This document shows, one piece after another, positions 26,410 through 40,291 of a DNA stretch of 64,000 nt. Within the stretch, counting starts at the first letter, position 1, and every line of letters starts with the position of its first letter. The notes under the pieces are model-generated. The model saw nothing but the letters and a program-made list of their open reading frames with translations, did no database searches and had not been told where the DNA came from. Location of the stretch: NCBI RefSeq assembly GCF_036321535.1, contig NC_087436.1, forward strand, positions 75,394,001 to 75,458,000, written 5' to 3'. The DNA comes from Camelus dromedarius. Its lineage: Eukaryota. Both the position numbers and the translations under genes were made by a program.

Positions 26410-27733
26410 CTACAATTGTTAAATATAACTTCTTTAGGGAAATATAAGCAGCAAGAACCTCCCCCCCCAACTGTCTGCCCATCCAACGTGAAGACATTGA
26501 ATGCCGGTCTTCGCTTACGGCCGATGAACATGAATCTGACTTGGGATGATGAAGCAGTTCCGTCGACAGTAGGTTTCTAGCCCTTGTCAGAACCTGATTT
26601 TTACTGTGGTTGTTACTACTCAAAAGAGATGTCAGGTTAGCCAAAAACAAACAGAACTCTTTTCTTGGACACATCATGTGTTCAACCACAAATAATTCAC
26701 TATAAGCTTCTAGGAGACATGAGTCTGTGCCTCATATTTAACACACACACACGACGTGGGGCTACTGACAAGGCCACACCCCTGCCATATGTTATTGCAG
26801 ACATATTTCTCCCAAAGCAGCACTGTTGATTATTATGAAAGCGAGGCAGGTTTGAGCGGAGGAAGAATATGCTGCAGTTGAAAGAAAAGAGAGAGCAGCT
26901 CCTAACACATAGTTGGAGGCTATCTTTCAACTCTTTCCCTGTGTTATTTTGAAGCAAATAAAGGGATTGCTGCGGTACTGATATGATCAATCTATTCAAG
27001 GAAGTAATACGTCTAAGTTTGCTATGGCCCCAGAATTACATTTTTTTTTCCTGCGCAAGTTGCTGCCAAAGAAGTCAGCGAAGCATCAGTTTGATGAAAC
27101 CTCTTCTAGCAAATTGCCATTTCTAATTATCCAGTGTATTTACCTCTATAGTCGTATCTTTCATCACTCAAAGTGGCTGTACTTCAAGGTGAGATGTCTC
27201 CTCTTATGAAAAAGTAATGAGGACGTTGTAACTTGCAGCTTCCAGCATGCCTTGAATTGATCTTTGTCTTGTTTGTCCCCAAGTCTGGAAGGCCAAGTGA
27301 AAATCTTTTTCTTTCTTTCCAACTGTTCTGTTTTTAACCATTTCTTTCTCTCAGACATAATGAGTTCTCCCTTACCACTTGAACTTTTGTTCATCTTTTT
27401 CCAGTCTCAGATTGACTCTTATTGCATTTGCCCAGAGCAGATATTTCATTTTGATTTTTATCTGATTTTTGTTCTGTGTGTTTGCCTCCCCTTCTTGGGG
27501 TCAGCGACCATGTCCATCATTTTTTGGTGTTGGTGGGAAGATTAAGCTTTTCACAGAGTAGACACGAACTGTTACTTTGATTAAACATTTATTGAGTGAA
27601 TGTTAAAATATAGTTATCTTATTAAGTTTTGATACTAGTATACAATTGTTGATGAGTTAGAAGCTAGGTAAAGAAACAAAGTATTAGGAGATGATTGGAA
27701 TTAATAGAATTTTTAAAAGTATATGGAATTTTA

Positions 27734-28340
27734 TCGAAAAGATACATGTACCCCAATGTTCATAGCAACACTATATGCAGTAGCCAAGACATAGAAGCAA
27801 CCTAAATGTCCATTGACAGATGACTGGATAAAGAAATTGTGGTATATTTATACAATGAAATACTACTGAGTGATAAAAAATAATAAAGTAATGCCATTTG
27901 CAGTAACATGAATGAACCTGGAGATCGTCATTCTAAATGTAGTATGCCAGAAAGAGAAAGAAAAATACCATGTGATATCACTCATATGTAGAATCTAAAA
28001 AGGAAAAAAAAGAAAAGAAAAAGAGGACACTAATGAACTCATCTACAAAAGAAACAGACTTGCAGACATAGTAAACAATCTTATGGTTACCAGGGAAGGG
28101 GGGGTGGAAAGGAATAAGTTTGAGAGTTTGAGATTTTCAAATGTTAACCACTGTATGTAAAAATAGATAGAAAACCAAATTTCTCCTGTATTGCACAGGG
28201 AACTATATTCAGTATCTTCTAATAACCTTTAATGAAAAAGAATATGAAAGTGAATATATGTACACATATGCATGACGGGGACATTATGCTGTAGATTAGA
28301 AATCGACACATTGTAACTGACTATACTTCAATAAAAAAAA
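27734..28340 (+). mobile_element. 5'-truncated camelid-type L1 (ORF2 C-terminus, 3'UTR, A tail)
   Basis: Translates KDTCTPMFIA...KQPKCPLTDDWIKKLWYIYTM...KYHVISLICRI* (L1 ORF2 end, with internal stops); TSD TATATGGAATTTTA at 27720-27733 and 28342-28355, at a TTTT/AAAA endonuclease site. Confidence 0.96.
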
Positions 28341-28888
28341 TTATATGGAATTTTAGAGGAACCTGAGACTTGAGTCCAATCTCTTTGTTTCATGGATGGC
28401 GAATCTTGACTTGTTTTGGATGAGAAGTCCATGGGCCATGCACTCCAATCTTTTAGTGCTTTGATTATGAGCTGAGGAACTGGCCTATGAAAGACTTGTT
28501 GTCAAATTAATCCTGAGAGTGATATAAGGGCTCTGAGCCTTCACCCCGCATTCACCCCTGTACATATGATGTGCATGAATTGTAAAGTTAAGACTCAACC
28601 AATTGCTTCTGAAAATTTGCAATATTAAGAACAAAAATCAAGTTAAATTTATAGCCTAATGCCTGCTCAGTTTAACTGACTGCAAAGCCAGGGTTTAAGG
28701 TGCCACTGATGAGAAACAAAGGAGGTGTCAAAAATACAAAAAGCACTGAGGACCTTTGTGGAAATTGTCAGAGCCTCTCTTTTCTGGGTATTCATTGTGG
28801 GTTGAGAAAGAAGAAAGATAAACATTTATCAGTGGCCTACCATGTGTCAGACCCTGTCACATTTAGTAGAGCTGCAAATCCTTTAAAT

Positions 28889-29105
28889 CAGTGGGTCTCA
28901 ACCACTTACTCTGTCCCCTGCTCCCCAGGGGAAATTTGGCAATGTCTGGAAATAGTTATGATTGTTGCTACTGGGGTGTTTCTACTGTCATCTAGTGGGT
29001 AGAGGCTGTGGATGCTATCAAACATCCTACCACATACAGGATGACCCTCACTGAAAACAGTTATCATGCCCCAAGTGTCAGCAGTGTCACAGTGGAGCAA
29101 TCCTG
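28889..29105 (+). mobile_element. MER20 hAT element inserted in a minus-strand MIR (~28820-29225)
   Basis: cagtgggtctcaacc...ggggaaatttggcaatgtctgga...catctagtgggtagaggctgtggatgctatcaaacatcctac. Confidence 0.9.
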
Positions 29106-29248
29106 TAAACTAAGTATTACCCTCATATTTACAGATGAGAGTGGAGACTCCATGTTTCCTGGCTAGTAGATGGATTGGGCCTTTGGACCCAATTCTCAGG
29201 AGGCACCAGAAGCTGTGGCTCCGTACTGCACCCATTCTGTGTCTGGAG

Positions 29249-29418
29249 CAGGGCTCCCAAACATAGGTTTGTGTGAGCGTGCACAGAGAGCTTGTTGAGA
29301 ATTCAGCTCTCTGATCCCTGCTTAGAGATTCTGCAGTATTTGGTCTGGTGTAGAACATGGGATCTGCATATTTTAATAGTTACTTAAGCTCCTCAGGTGC
29401 ACACTTTGAGAAATACTG
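29249..29418. mobile_element. MER5-type hAT MITE
   Basis: cagggctcccaaac...gagattctg...ggatctgcatattttaatag...cacactttgagaaatactg. Confidence 0.75.
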
Positions 29419-30012
29419 CCTCAGGCAAGGGGATCACTGCTTGGGCAATGCTGTTTTCTATCGTCCCTGCGGCTGGGACCCAGTGATTTACTTTGTTACT
29501 TTGCTTTGCTCTGATTTCTCACCTCTTTAACCTGACACCTTCCCCTCCTTTGCCTGCACCTTCTGTAGTGATGGGATTTTCTTAGCTGTGTGCATGAATG
29601 TTCCAGAAGATACTGGGTCAACTGAGGAGCTGGAGGCAGATGTCATTTCATTTCATTGGGAAACATTATTTCTTCATTCTGGGCTACCATTCTTTTAGGT
29701 TAATGATGTTTGGTATTTTGAGTGTTGGAGATAGTATAGAACTGTTTTATAACACTGATCTCAGGGGGGGAATGACTAAAGGTTCCTTTGGGGTCAGGCA
29801 GACTGGTTTGATTAATTTAACAAACATAAATCGAATGCCTCCTCCGTGTCAGCTAGGAATTTTGCTGCGTGGTTGCTGGACACTGATAGGTAGTAAAACA
29901 GGGTCAGCGCTGCCGGACCCGAGGAACCAGGAGAACTCACAGCAGATCAGGGAGTGTCTGAGAGGTGACTAAGGGTTAAAGAGACTGGACATGTTTCTTA
30001 CGAGATATAATA

Positions 30013-30654
30013 CAGTTGAGCCTCGTTATCTGTGGATTCACCTACTCACTAACATTTATTTGTAGCCCCCAAATCAATACTCATGGCACTTTTGTAGTCA
30101 TTGATGGCATGAGCAGAGTGGCAGAAAATTCGAGTTGCTTGACATACATGTTCCTGGAAGAAGTCAGACAAGATGATGATCTGCCTTCTTGTTTCACTTC
30201 TCACACTGTAAACAAGTATCTTTTTCACAGTCTATTTAGTATCATGTTTTTCACATTTTTGTGCTTTTTGGTGGTGATTTCACAGTTTAAAATGGCCTTC
30301 CAGCATAGCGCTGAAGTGCAGTCTAGTTTCCTAAGCAAGAAGCCAGTGATGTGCCTTATGGGGAAAATGTGTGTGTTAGATGAGTTTTGTTCAGGCATTT
30401 ACTATATACGGTACTGTTAGGTGTGAGTTCAATGCTGATGAATCAACGATGTGTGTTAAATAAGCTGTCCTTAAACAGAAACATGTAAAATAAGGTTATG
30501 TATAGATTGATTGACGAAAATGTAAATGTTGTGACCAGAGGCTGCAGGAACCCTACCTCGTACTTCCCCAAAGAGCAATGGTTCAGTATTAACTAATTCA
30601 GTGTTTGTGGAGACTTTATAGAATTTAACTACCACGAATAATGAGAATCCACTG
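30013..30654 (+). mobile_element. MER82 (Tigger/Tc1-mariner non-autonomous DNA transposon), essentially full length
   Basis: TIRs cagttgagcctcgttat / ataatgagaatccactg; TA TSD on both sides; degenerate transposase N-terminus MAFQHSAEVQSS...KKPVMCLMGKMCVLDE. Confidence 0.92.
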
Positions 30655-32012
30655 TATGTGGGTATATGGTGACTGAAACACCTATATGATGGAGTACTAT
30701 GCAGCCATGGTGTAGAACTGTCAGGAAAGGACTTTCATTTTGCCTGAGACAAAATGAATGATGTTTTTGCTAAATGAATATGGCTAATCTCCATTCATAC
30801 AGAAATTGCAGTAGATTAAGATAATTGCTCCCTAAAGGAATAAAGTAAGTTAAAATAAAATGCTCCCCTTTCAAGATGTAATTATCAAGGAGGTTTAAGG
30901 GCCATTTGATTCATTTTCAAGAACCAGTGTGAGTATCTGAACTGATTTCTGGCATCACTGTCACGCAGTTTTATTAATCTTGCCCCGGCTTTTACACTGG
31001 TTTAAAAAAATTGTTTTCAACCACAGTCCACAGAGTGCTCCATGTGGAGAAATAGAGGCCCTTTGAGTTGATTACCCTTCACCTATTCGGATTGCATAAT
31101 CTTTAAAATTCAGAAAGAAGAGTTCTGTTTGATTTAGAGTTTCTAAGTGAAAAGAATAAAAGTCATCTCTACAACGAAAGCAAATTATGGAACACCTCTA
31201 AACATAGTTCGATACATTTTGAGCAGTGTCTTCTTCACCACATTTTTCTTTTCTGTTTTTGAGCATCAGTGACAGATGCCAGTTTTTGGCAAAGCATGCT
31301 TTTTAAGGAGACCCTGCATAGGAGGCCCTCCAGATGCACGGTTTGCAGTTTGCTTTGTCCCGAGGCTCCAGAGGAGTTTTTGGGTGGTGGATCGAGGTAG
31401 GGAATAGGAGTCCCTGAAGATACTCAGATGCACTGTTGACTCTATGAATGGGAAGGAGTTAGGGCCTCTGAAATAAAAAGAGCATTTAAAAGGATGGTCT
31501 TTAAAGTTTCCAGCCAATCAGATTGGAATGGCATAACATCTCCATGAAGATGAAAAGCTCTATGTGAATTCCTTGAATCAGCAACTCTAAACAACATGTC
31601 ACCTAGTTGCTCCCGAACTGTCAGGTTGGGAGTAGAAAACAGAACTTTTAAAACAGTGCAGAGAGCTGGCACAGGTACCATGGAGAACTTCTGACTTAAA
31701 CTTCCTTTCCTCTGGAGAGAAGCAGCAGGAGGAAGGTGGCAGTTCCAAGAGGGGAGGGTACAGGGAACAAAGGTTTGCTTTCGTAACTTTGCTATTGTTC
31801 TAGCCCAGGCTGCTAAGACAGTTACTGAATCCCAACCTCGTCGATTGAACTTGATGGTTCCAGTTTCCCCAGACTGTTCCCTGCCCCTTCCTCTGCTTGA
31901 GAGGAAGCCCAGGAAAGGAGAAGAAGGGCAGGTGGGGCCCTTGGACCTTCAACCCACTGTCTGTAAAATTTCAACTTTATGTTTTAAAAATGATCGTCAC
32001 AAATATGCTGCC

Positions 32013-32498
32013 TGTGAGAGTCTGAGTAATGACCCCTGAGTTGTTCAGATTCTAGTCCCCTACTGTGCTGTATAACCTTAGGTGGCAAAAGGGACTTTGC
32101 AGATGTGATTAAGGATTTTGAGATGGGAGATAGAGTAGCGTGGATTATCCAGATGGACCCAATCATGTAATCACAGGGGTCCGTAGAGGAGGGAGGCAGA
32201 GGGAGAAACCACCCCGGAAGAGGAGATGTAATGGCAGAAGTGGCAGCTGGAGCGGTGTGCCTTGAAGATGGAAGAAGGGACAGTAAGCCAAGGAACACAG
32301 TGGCTGAAAAAGACAGAGGAACAGGTTCTCCCCTCTGAGCCTTAAGAAAGAACCAGACCTGCAGACACCTTGACTTTAGCCCAGAGAAACCCATGCCAGA
32401 CTTCCAGACCTCCAGACCTGCAAAAGAATAAATTTATAGTGTTGTAAGCTGCTAAATTTGTGGTAACTAGTTAACAGCAGCCATAGGAAACTAATATA
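32013..32498 (+). mobile_element. MaLR solo LTR (MLT1D-like)
   Basis: ggcaaaagggactttgcagatgtgattaaggattttgagatgggag...aataaa...cagcagccataggaaactaatata; TSD CTGCC/CTACC. Confidence 0.92.
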
Positions 32499-33504
32499 CT
32501 ACCAGAAAGGCCGTTTTTATGATACAGTTATTGTATTATTTCCTTTCGGAAAAGTAAGTTCACATAACATGGGAATATACCTCTTGTGTAAATGTTCTCT
32601 CACATTTCATCTTTCCTTTGTCAGGGTAATGAAGCAAATTTATCTAAGCATTTTAAGGGAGTGGCTGGGAGGAAGCATAAAATTGTGACATTTAAGGGAG
32701 TCAGGGAAAATTTAGTCTAACTCTTTTACAGATGAGTTAATTGGGACTAAAGTCCAGGCCCCCTGACATCCAGTCTAGTGGGGGGAAAGGATGAAACAGG
32801 CGACCCGCTGTCCCTCCTTCTAGCCTCCTGGAAACTTCCTGTCCCCTGTGTGAAAATGGCTCAACTCTCTCAGTTGCCGCCATACGTGGTAGTGACACTG
32901 CTGAGAATATGAGCCCAGGAGCAGCTCTGACTTTGTTAAGGATAAGAAAGGAATGTGAAGAAACATGCGCCAGTTGGAATAAAGTTATTTTTAAAAATTA
33001 TTCTAAAGGCATAGATACCACTACAGACCTGCAATGTATACTCCAAGGTTTTAAGCTTTCATTAAAAAATGAAAGGAATTTTCTCTGAACTCAACCTTTA
33101 AGCCTTGAAACCCAATCCTTGCTCAACGAATGCAAAATCTGGAAAGGAAATGGAATGCCATAAATCACCTCAATTAAAACTTTTTCTTTTTCTTTTGTTC
33201 TGTTCGTTTGGAGACTAATCCAGGGAGGACAAGAATGCAGCAGAAATCAAACTTGCCAAAATGATTACAATACTCCCAAATCTGAGCCCAATTATAACCT
33301 TTGTTTACCTTTTAGACTGCTGTCTCAGCGAAGTAAAGGTCATGAGGAGTTTAGGGCTATGGGTGTAGGGAAGCTTTTAAAGTGTATTTTTTTTTTTAAT
33401 TTAGGAGGGAGATACATCTACATATATTAAAAAATAATATAGAAATACGAACCTAAATTTCCCTATGTTTTCAAAGGGGAGGAGGGAGCTGTAGTAATGT
33501 TACA

Positions 33505-33715
33505 CACTTGCTTCTGGTAGCTTCTGTAATCCTGGCAACACCCTATGAGGCATATATTGTTATATGATTTTACTTCTCAAGAAGTTGTAATTCAGTGAGC
33601 TAAAAGTGATTAGCAAAGTTACAGTGAGCAATCTGAAAAGAATTCAGGTCTCAAGACTCCAGATTGAGGGACCAGGCAGTTGTAATTCCTTCAAAACCAG
33701 TGCTTTTTCCTCCAC
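33505..33715 (-). mobile_element. MIR SINE (degenerate)
   Basis: taatcctggcaacaccctatgaggcatatattg...aagtgattagcaaagttacag. Confidence 0.6.
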
Positions 33716-36439
33716 AATCAAGGGCCTGTGCAGGACATGGAAGTGCATGGTGCAAACACAGTGTCAAACCTTCCCAGTTTGGGCTTTTAGAGAGAGATGC
33801 CTTCATCGATGAAAGTTTTTATTTGTGTGACTGTCTTTTTAAAAAAAATTCATTGCTGATTTATTTATTTTAAACTTTTCTACATTTATAATTTATTATG
33901 GAAGTAACAATATGCCCATTGTAGGAATTCTTCAAGGTAAACAAGGCTAAAAGCATAGATATTCTTCCATAATTTTCCCCAGGTTCATACCATGTAGAAC
34001 CAGCTTCTTAAGGAAAAGCATTGCCTCACTTAGGTCCTACTGAGCAAAGAAAAATGAGTTGTAGTTTGAATACCTGTACTTCACGTGTACGTCATTGCCC
34101 CTGAAGCACTGCCTAGGCTTTGATCTCTTCAGTAGTTAAAACATTTCCTTGCACTTTTGTTTATCCTCAGCCTAGCCTGGGATACTTCACATTCGAACAT
34201 AATCACTCATGAACAAGACTTTGATGTCTTACAGTTGTCCCCGCTGCACCTCAGGCATACGGAGCTCCACTCACCTCAACATTTACGCCCCCGGGGTGGC
34301 TGAGTATCTAAGTATCCGAGTCCCTAAGGAAGAAGCTTCTTGGGCTCCTAGGAAGACATCTTGTGGTGATGTCAGAACTCCTTCATGGGAGGGAGCTGCT
34401 GTGCTTGTGGCTGTCGGGCCCACAAAAGCCTGTTGAAATAAGCAGTAACCCACTCATTGGAATTTCCCCTGTGCTGTACCCAACTTCCCAGGTAGTTCAT
34501 GGCTTGTGTCTCTGGATTTTGGTTTTCAGGCAATGCTTTGGAATTGCCCTCAGCCTTCTATGAGTTCCTAGTTCGTCCTTGCTGTTCATTCTTCCTCTGG
34601 AACTGCAGGAATGAGTCCATCCTGGCTCCAGCTGGCCTCACCTTGACCCAGCTTGTTTGCCTCATCACATGATCAGTTCTGCAGAAGGCTGGCTGTGGTC
34701 TCCTGATGGTCATGATACATCACCCCTGCCTTATTTCAAGAACAGAGCCACAGAGACCAAACTGCATAGCAGACAAAGTATTTTGGTTGGATATTTTTTG
34801 TTTACCCATCCCACACCTACAGGTCTCTCTGTTCTGCGATCCTGGAGGCTGCATGCAGTGATTGGCTCTTTCTCCTCTGCCTCCCAGTTGGGTATAAGCA
34901 CTGGGAGACCCTGGCAGGAGATGGGAGGGCTGTAGGAGAGTGAGGTAGGGGTACTCACCCCCTCCACTCCACCCCTGCCAGCTCCCCTCCTCCTGCCCCA
35001 TGAGTTGCTTGTGGTTAGTTGAGTTCCTCTGTTTTCAAAGGCCATGGCTCTTCTGGGTTCTCTCCTGTGTCCCTTCAGGCCTAGTGTTGGTCATGGCTCC
35101 CTGGCTCCCTGCTGTTGCCTGGGGTTCCTTATACTTTGCCTACCCCATTGTCAGTGCTCTTTGTCTTACCCTTTCCTTCCTGCCCCTGTTGGACTCAGCC
35201 ACCAGTTTTCTGCCAGGACCAGAGTTTCTGGCCTCCTTTTCCTAAATCTCTCCCATTCTTGCCCACGAGTGGCTCCTCTTTTTCCCCTTATGTGTTAGTC
35301 CTCACATCACCATGCCTCTTTCCCCAGTCCCCATGGTTTGAGCAACTATCTGTCATCAGTAATTTCCACCTTAGTAGGACATTATCTCAGAAAGCAGTGT
35401 CAGAGCCAGAAGCCACTGGAGAAATCATGTAGTCTAATAGGTTTTTTTATTCAAACATGAAGAAAATGGGGCCAGAGAGGATAAGTGTGTTGCCCAAAGT
35501 CCACTAGGTACTACCTAGGGGTGGTCCACTGTTCTTTGCTCTGTACCATATAGAGACTGGGGATAAATGTCCCAAATAGGAGATGTCTTCAGAGATGAAG
35601 GTCAGAAGATGCCACCTTCTGAAATAGCAGCTAGTAAGATCCAACATCAAATAGATGAAATCATCCCTCTGCAGGAAAAAAAAAATGCATTCGAAGAGGA
35701 GGTAGATATGCTTTTGAAAATGTCTTGCAAATAAGTCAAGAATGTTTCACTGTCTTCAGCTAAAAGACTTTGGGAGTTTCCCAAGAAATTAAGATAAGCT
35801 TTAATCTAGTGGATTTTATATGCACAAAGGAATGTATCATCACACAAGGAGGGTTCTTGTCTGGAGAAGAAAGAAACATATAAGGCTTTATCTCTATGTC
35901 TCCCCTACTGATTAATTACTTCAAATATCTTCCCAATTGACTGACTCAAGTGTTCCGATTCAATTCACAGACATATCCCTCTAATGATAGACTCTGTTAA
36001 ATCCAGCAAGCACTGACCATCCACTGTGAGCTTCTCACTGCGCCAGGAACTGGACATATAAAGATGCTCTGGACATAGATCCCACCTTCTAGTGGATGAT
36101 AATGGGGAGAGAGAAAAGAACAGATCCTTTTCACGTAGACTACGTTAGCTCTCCCTGTCATGCTCTCATAGGCTCCTCTTTTTCCTTTTTCAAAATACCT
36201 AGCTGCTAGAAAACTCCTAGAAAACCACCTCTTGGGGTCTTTGTTTTCATTCTCTTTTTATGATACCAGCCACTCTGTGACAAGCCAGACTGGGTTGGGT
36301 TGGGAAGCACCCAATGTCTTGACTGGTTTAAGAGACAGTGTCCAGGGTAAAGTGTGAGATTCAGTTTTGGGGTGAGACTGAGCCATCAGGGAGGAGATAA
36401 ATCACCACCCTGGGCTGACCCGCAGTATGTGCTCAGCAA

Positions 36440-36700
36440 ATTAATTCAGTCAACAGTTATTTAACGAGTGTGTGCTAAGTGCCCAGGACAGACACTGGAG
36501 ACTCTGAGTCCCTATAACCAGGTCCTTACCTTGATGGAGGCTATGTCATAGGAAATGTCTCAAAAGAGTATTTTCTGGAGAGTCTAGTGGTTCTAAGAGG
36601 AGAGAGAGGCAGGTAAACCAAGAGCTCAAACCAGGAGTGGAAGTGAACGCAGTGGGAGTTGAGGATATTTAATGTGGCCTGGGGGTGAAGGGTAGAGTTA
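36440..36700 (-). mobile_element. L2 3' end
   Basis: attcagtcaacagttatttaacgagtgtgtgctaagtgcccagg...ggtccttaccttgatggaggct. Confidence 0.65.
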
Positions 36701-37169
36701 GGGGTGAAGGGTTGGAGAAGACTTGATAGAGGTTCAGTTCCATGGTCAGTTTCTGCGGTACGTTTCCCTGAGGTTTGTGCATTTCTGTGGGTCTGAAGAC
36801 AGCACCTTAAACCGTTAGCATCTCCCTGGATACTTATTTTGTTGCTGCGAGGGTCAGAGCAGCAGGACTCATTGAAATGGACCTTTGAAAATAACTGCCC
36901 TTAATTAAAAGGAGTATTTGGGTAAGTCGTCAAGAAAGCTAATTTCACTTATGTTTTTACTGCTGGCCTGCCTCCCAACCGAGCTGACCAAAGGCCTACG
37001 TTTTCTGGAACAGCTCATGACTCTGCACCCTTTAGCTCCCTGTGCCACAGTTCCTGGTGGTCTCTGACGGTGTCCTTTTTGGGGTTCATGTAACAGAGTC
37101 ACTTACGTTCTTTACGCTCTTGACCTGGCCTCTGCTGAGCTCACCCACCTTGTCTCCTGCCAGTCCTTC

Positions 37170-37575
37170 ATGTGAGGGTAGCGCACACCGCCCCCCTGCC
37201 GCCTCCCGCCTCTCTCTCCGTGCTCCCACACTTCCCTCTTCCTGGAACTGCCTCTCTGCCTCCTTCCTTCCCCCCAGCTCCCTGCCCCTGCCCCCCTGCA
37301 ACTGCCTCTAAGACTCAATCCGGGCATCACCACCTCCCAGAAGCCTTCTCTGCTCCCTCAAGCTGGGCTCAGGGACCTGGTCTTTGGTTCCCACTCTAAG
37401 CCACACATACTTTCGTCATAGCACTTGTCACCTGTTATGTGAATTATCCACTGTAATAAGTTTTGTGTTTAAATTTACTGTTTATTCTCCCGCTGGGCTC
37501 CTGCAGGTCTGGGTCCAGGTCACTTCAGAGCCTCAGCAACAAACGCAGTGCCCGGCACACAGTAAGGAGGTGCTT
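37170..37575 (+). mobile_element. L2 3' end
   Basis: catcaccacctcccagaagccttctctg...catagcacttgtcac...cagtgcccggcacacagtaagg. Confidence 0.8.
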
Positions 37576-38249
37576 GTCTTAGAAGGGATTTCTCCGATTT
37601 GTGATCTTTCGGGGGCTTTCCTGACTCCCATAGAGTTTGTCAGCATTTGGCTTTGCCTTCCTCTGCCCTAGGCTCTGCCTGTCTCAGGGACATTGATGTG
37701 TCCTAGGAAATTGAGTCATAGGTTTGGTTCATGTACTGTTGTCCTGTCCTTACCTATGAGAAGGAGGCTGAAGTTATGAGAAGTAAGTTTGCCTGGTGTG
37801 GCAGCATCTGAGAAAGAGAGGAGGGAAGTGAATTACCTACATCCACATAATCATGGCAGGGCAGGGCCTCTTCGGTGTTGGGACTCTTGGCAGAAATCAG
37901 TGGTGGTTAGGTTACAGAATCACAAGGTCTGTTAGGTGGCAGAGCCTCAGGAAAAGCAATAAACGGCTTTTGTCCTGGGCATGCTGTGTAGGGAGCCTGT
38001 GCTCATCCCATGGCCACACCCTCTGAGGACCGCGGCTTCCAGTGTACACGCTGCACTTTCCCTTCGCTGAGATGGAAGCATCCTCATCCTGACACGTGTA
38101 TGTGGTGGGCATTACAGCCTCTCTGCAGAGCAAGATGGGGCTTGTCGGCAAGGAGGGCAGCTGTGGACAGTTAGGTGCTTGTTGCAGTGAGATGTTTCAT
38201 CTTGAAAGGAATTGACACAACTAATTAATATTTAAAGAAGTTGGAGTAC

Positions 38250-38436
38250 AAGTTATTTCAGGAGGGGGTGGGTTACAGACTGGAAAGCGATGGGAAGGAA
38301 ACTCCTGGGGGTGCTGGAAGATTCTCTCTCTAGACCTGAGTGGTGGTTACCTGGCGGTCTGAGGTGTAGAAGTATCATGGAGCCGAACATTGAAGGTCAG
38401 CACACCTTACTGTATGAGAACCATCCTTCAATAATT
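38250..38436 (+). mobile_element. Old L1 (L1MC/ME-like) 3'UTR fragment
   Basis: gactggaaagcgatgggaaggaaactcctgggggtgctggaagattctctctctagacctgagtggtggttac. Confidence 0.7.
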
Positions 38437-38774
38437 AGAAAAGAGAAAAAGGCACTTGCAAAAGTGTAAATACTATCATTGAAAAACCAGTGAGGCAGGA
38501 GGTGGATTCTGACACTGTGGCCTGTGACTGAAATTCAAACTTACATGCTTGTGAGGGTCACACAGGGGCCGTGGAGAAGGTGCAGGGAAGTCACATGGTG
38601 GTACATATTAGCTGAAGCCCCTTTCCCTTCTAGATGCTTCCTTCCAGGTACCCTTCTCTTAGACACTCAGCACCAGGGTCCAGAGGCTCGCACAGTTGTT
38701 TTGCTCCATCAAATTGTTTCTTGGACTTTGACTGAAGTAAAGCTATGACATTAAGCAGTTTTTTTTTTGAAATT

Positions 38775-39221
38775 ATTTTTTATTGTGGTAAAATAAATAT
38801 CACATGAAATTTGTCAGTTTAACCATTGTAAGTTGTATAATTCAGCAGCATTAATTATATTCACAATATACACCTATGACCATTATTTATTATCAAAACT
38901 TTTCATCACCCCAGACAGAACTTCTGTAAGCATTAAGCATTCACTTCCCACTCTACCCAGTCCATAGTAACCTCTAATCTACTGTCTATATGACTTTGCC
39001 TCTTCTAGATATTTCCAGTAAGTGGAGTCACACAATGTTTATCCTTCTGTGTCTGGCTAATTTGACTAAGCGTAGCATGCATCAGAAATATTCCTTTTTA
39101 TGGCTAAATAGTATTCCATTGTGTGGATATACCACATTTTGTTTATCCATTCATCTACTGATGGACACTTGGACTGTTCCACGTTTTGCCTATTGTAGAT
39201 AATTCTGCAATGAATATTGGC
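38775..39221 (-). mobile_element. L1MB-like 3' end
   Basis: tttattgtggtaaaata...tttatggctaaatagtattccattgtgtggatataccacattttgtttatccattcatc. Confidence 0.9.
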
Positions 39222-39852
39222 TAAGTCATACTTCAAAAAATCATGTAAAGTTTGAAAATTGTCCCTTTCTCTAATTCCTATCCATCCTTCAAGTCTTGAC
39301 TAAAATGTTACCTTCTCTGTGAAAAACATTTCTCTCACAATCAGTGCCTTTGTGCTTATGTCTTCCTTTCCTTTGGGCCTGAGATTGTGCCCTAACATGG
39401 AGCTGTGGGCTCTGCATGTGGGCTCTCTCCCCAAACCAAGAGAGAAGTCAAGTCAAAGGACCTTGAGAAAGGGTGAGACTGGTGAATCAAGGAAGGAAGT
39501 CTGAACAGATCATCTGAAGAAAGGAATTAGAGGTCTGTCCTGAGGAAACTAGGGAAGGAGAGTGCAAGGATGTTGAGATTTGGGAAAAAGCCTGTCTTTT
39601 TTCTTCTTGAAAGTGATGTGGGGTGAGCCTGGTGGTATTTATAAGACCAGGGATAGTCAACTCTCTGTACCCGTATTTATTTATTCCTTATTTGCATGCT
39701 GTTCACAGCACCACATTTTATATGCTCCTGAGCTCAAAGGTGTGATATCTTAACTTAGGATTTTGAGCTCTGAGCTCAACACATCATAGATACTTGCGTG
39801 AGCTGAAATATAGATACTACTTGCACCGACAGAGCAAATGACAGTGGCTTAT

Positions 39853-40291
39853 TGACTAAAGTTGGGTTCCTTGTGAAATAGATTCTGGCATAGAAACTGG
39901 TGTGCAGGTGTTTTGCAGGGGAGTGCTCTTGGGGAAGACACCTGTGTGATGGAAGCAGAATTGAGCAGAGGGAGAAGTTGCACTGTGACACACTCACCAG
40001 CAGGGACCTCTGCTGATCCCATGGGGAGCTCTGGAGCTGGAGTGGCTCTTCAGACTGACTTGGTCATACATCTAGGCAAGGAGGCTGGGGTTGCACCTCC
40101 TTACTTCCTGTGTCTTACTACCAGTCACTGGATACAAGCTAACCTTAAGGTGGGGTGTGATATTAGGGGAGGCAGCTCCGTCCAGCCAAGGGCAGTTTTC
40201 AGCCAACATTTCCAACATCTGGGGCAATGAGGGCCTCCATTCTGAAGGGGGACATCTAAGTGACCTACCAGGACTTGAGTGTGGCTCCACA
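39853..40291 (-). mobile_element. ERVL LTR (LTR16C-like), apparently inserted in an old MLT1 (~39810-40545)
   Basis: gttgggttcc...ggggagtgctcttgggg...gagcagagggagaagttgcactgtga...gatcccatggggagctctggagctgg; MLT1-like flanks acagtggctta and cacacctagctgcaaaacagcctggga. Confidence 0.8.

Noticed and set aside
30016..30420. 134-aa ORF
   Set aside because: Lies within MER82; its C-terminal part is the degenerate Tigger transposase N-terminus, not an intact gene
37184..37205. CTCF-like motif / mini CpG island
   Set aside because: The G run is one base too long for the CTCF core, and the GC patch is short and inside an L2; no true CpG island in the window
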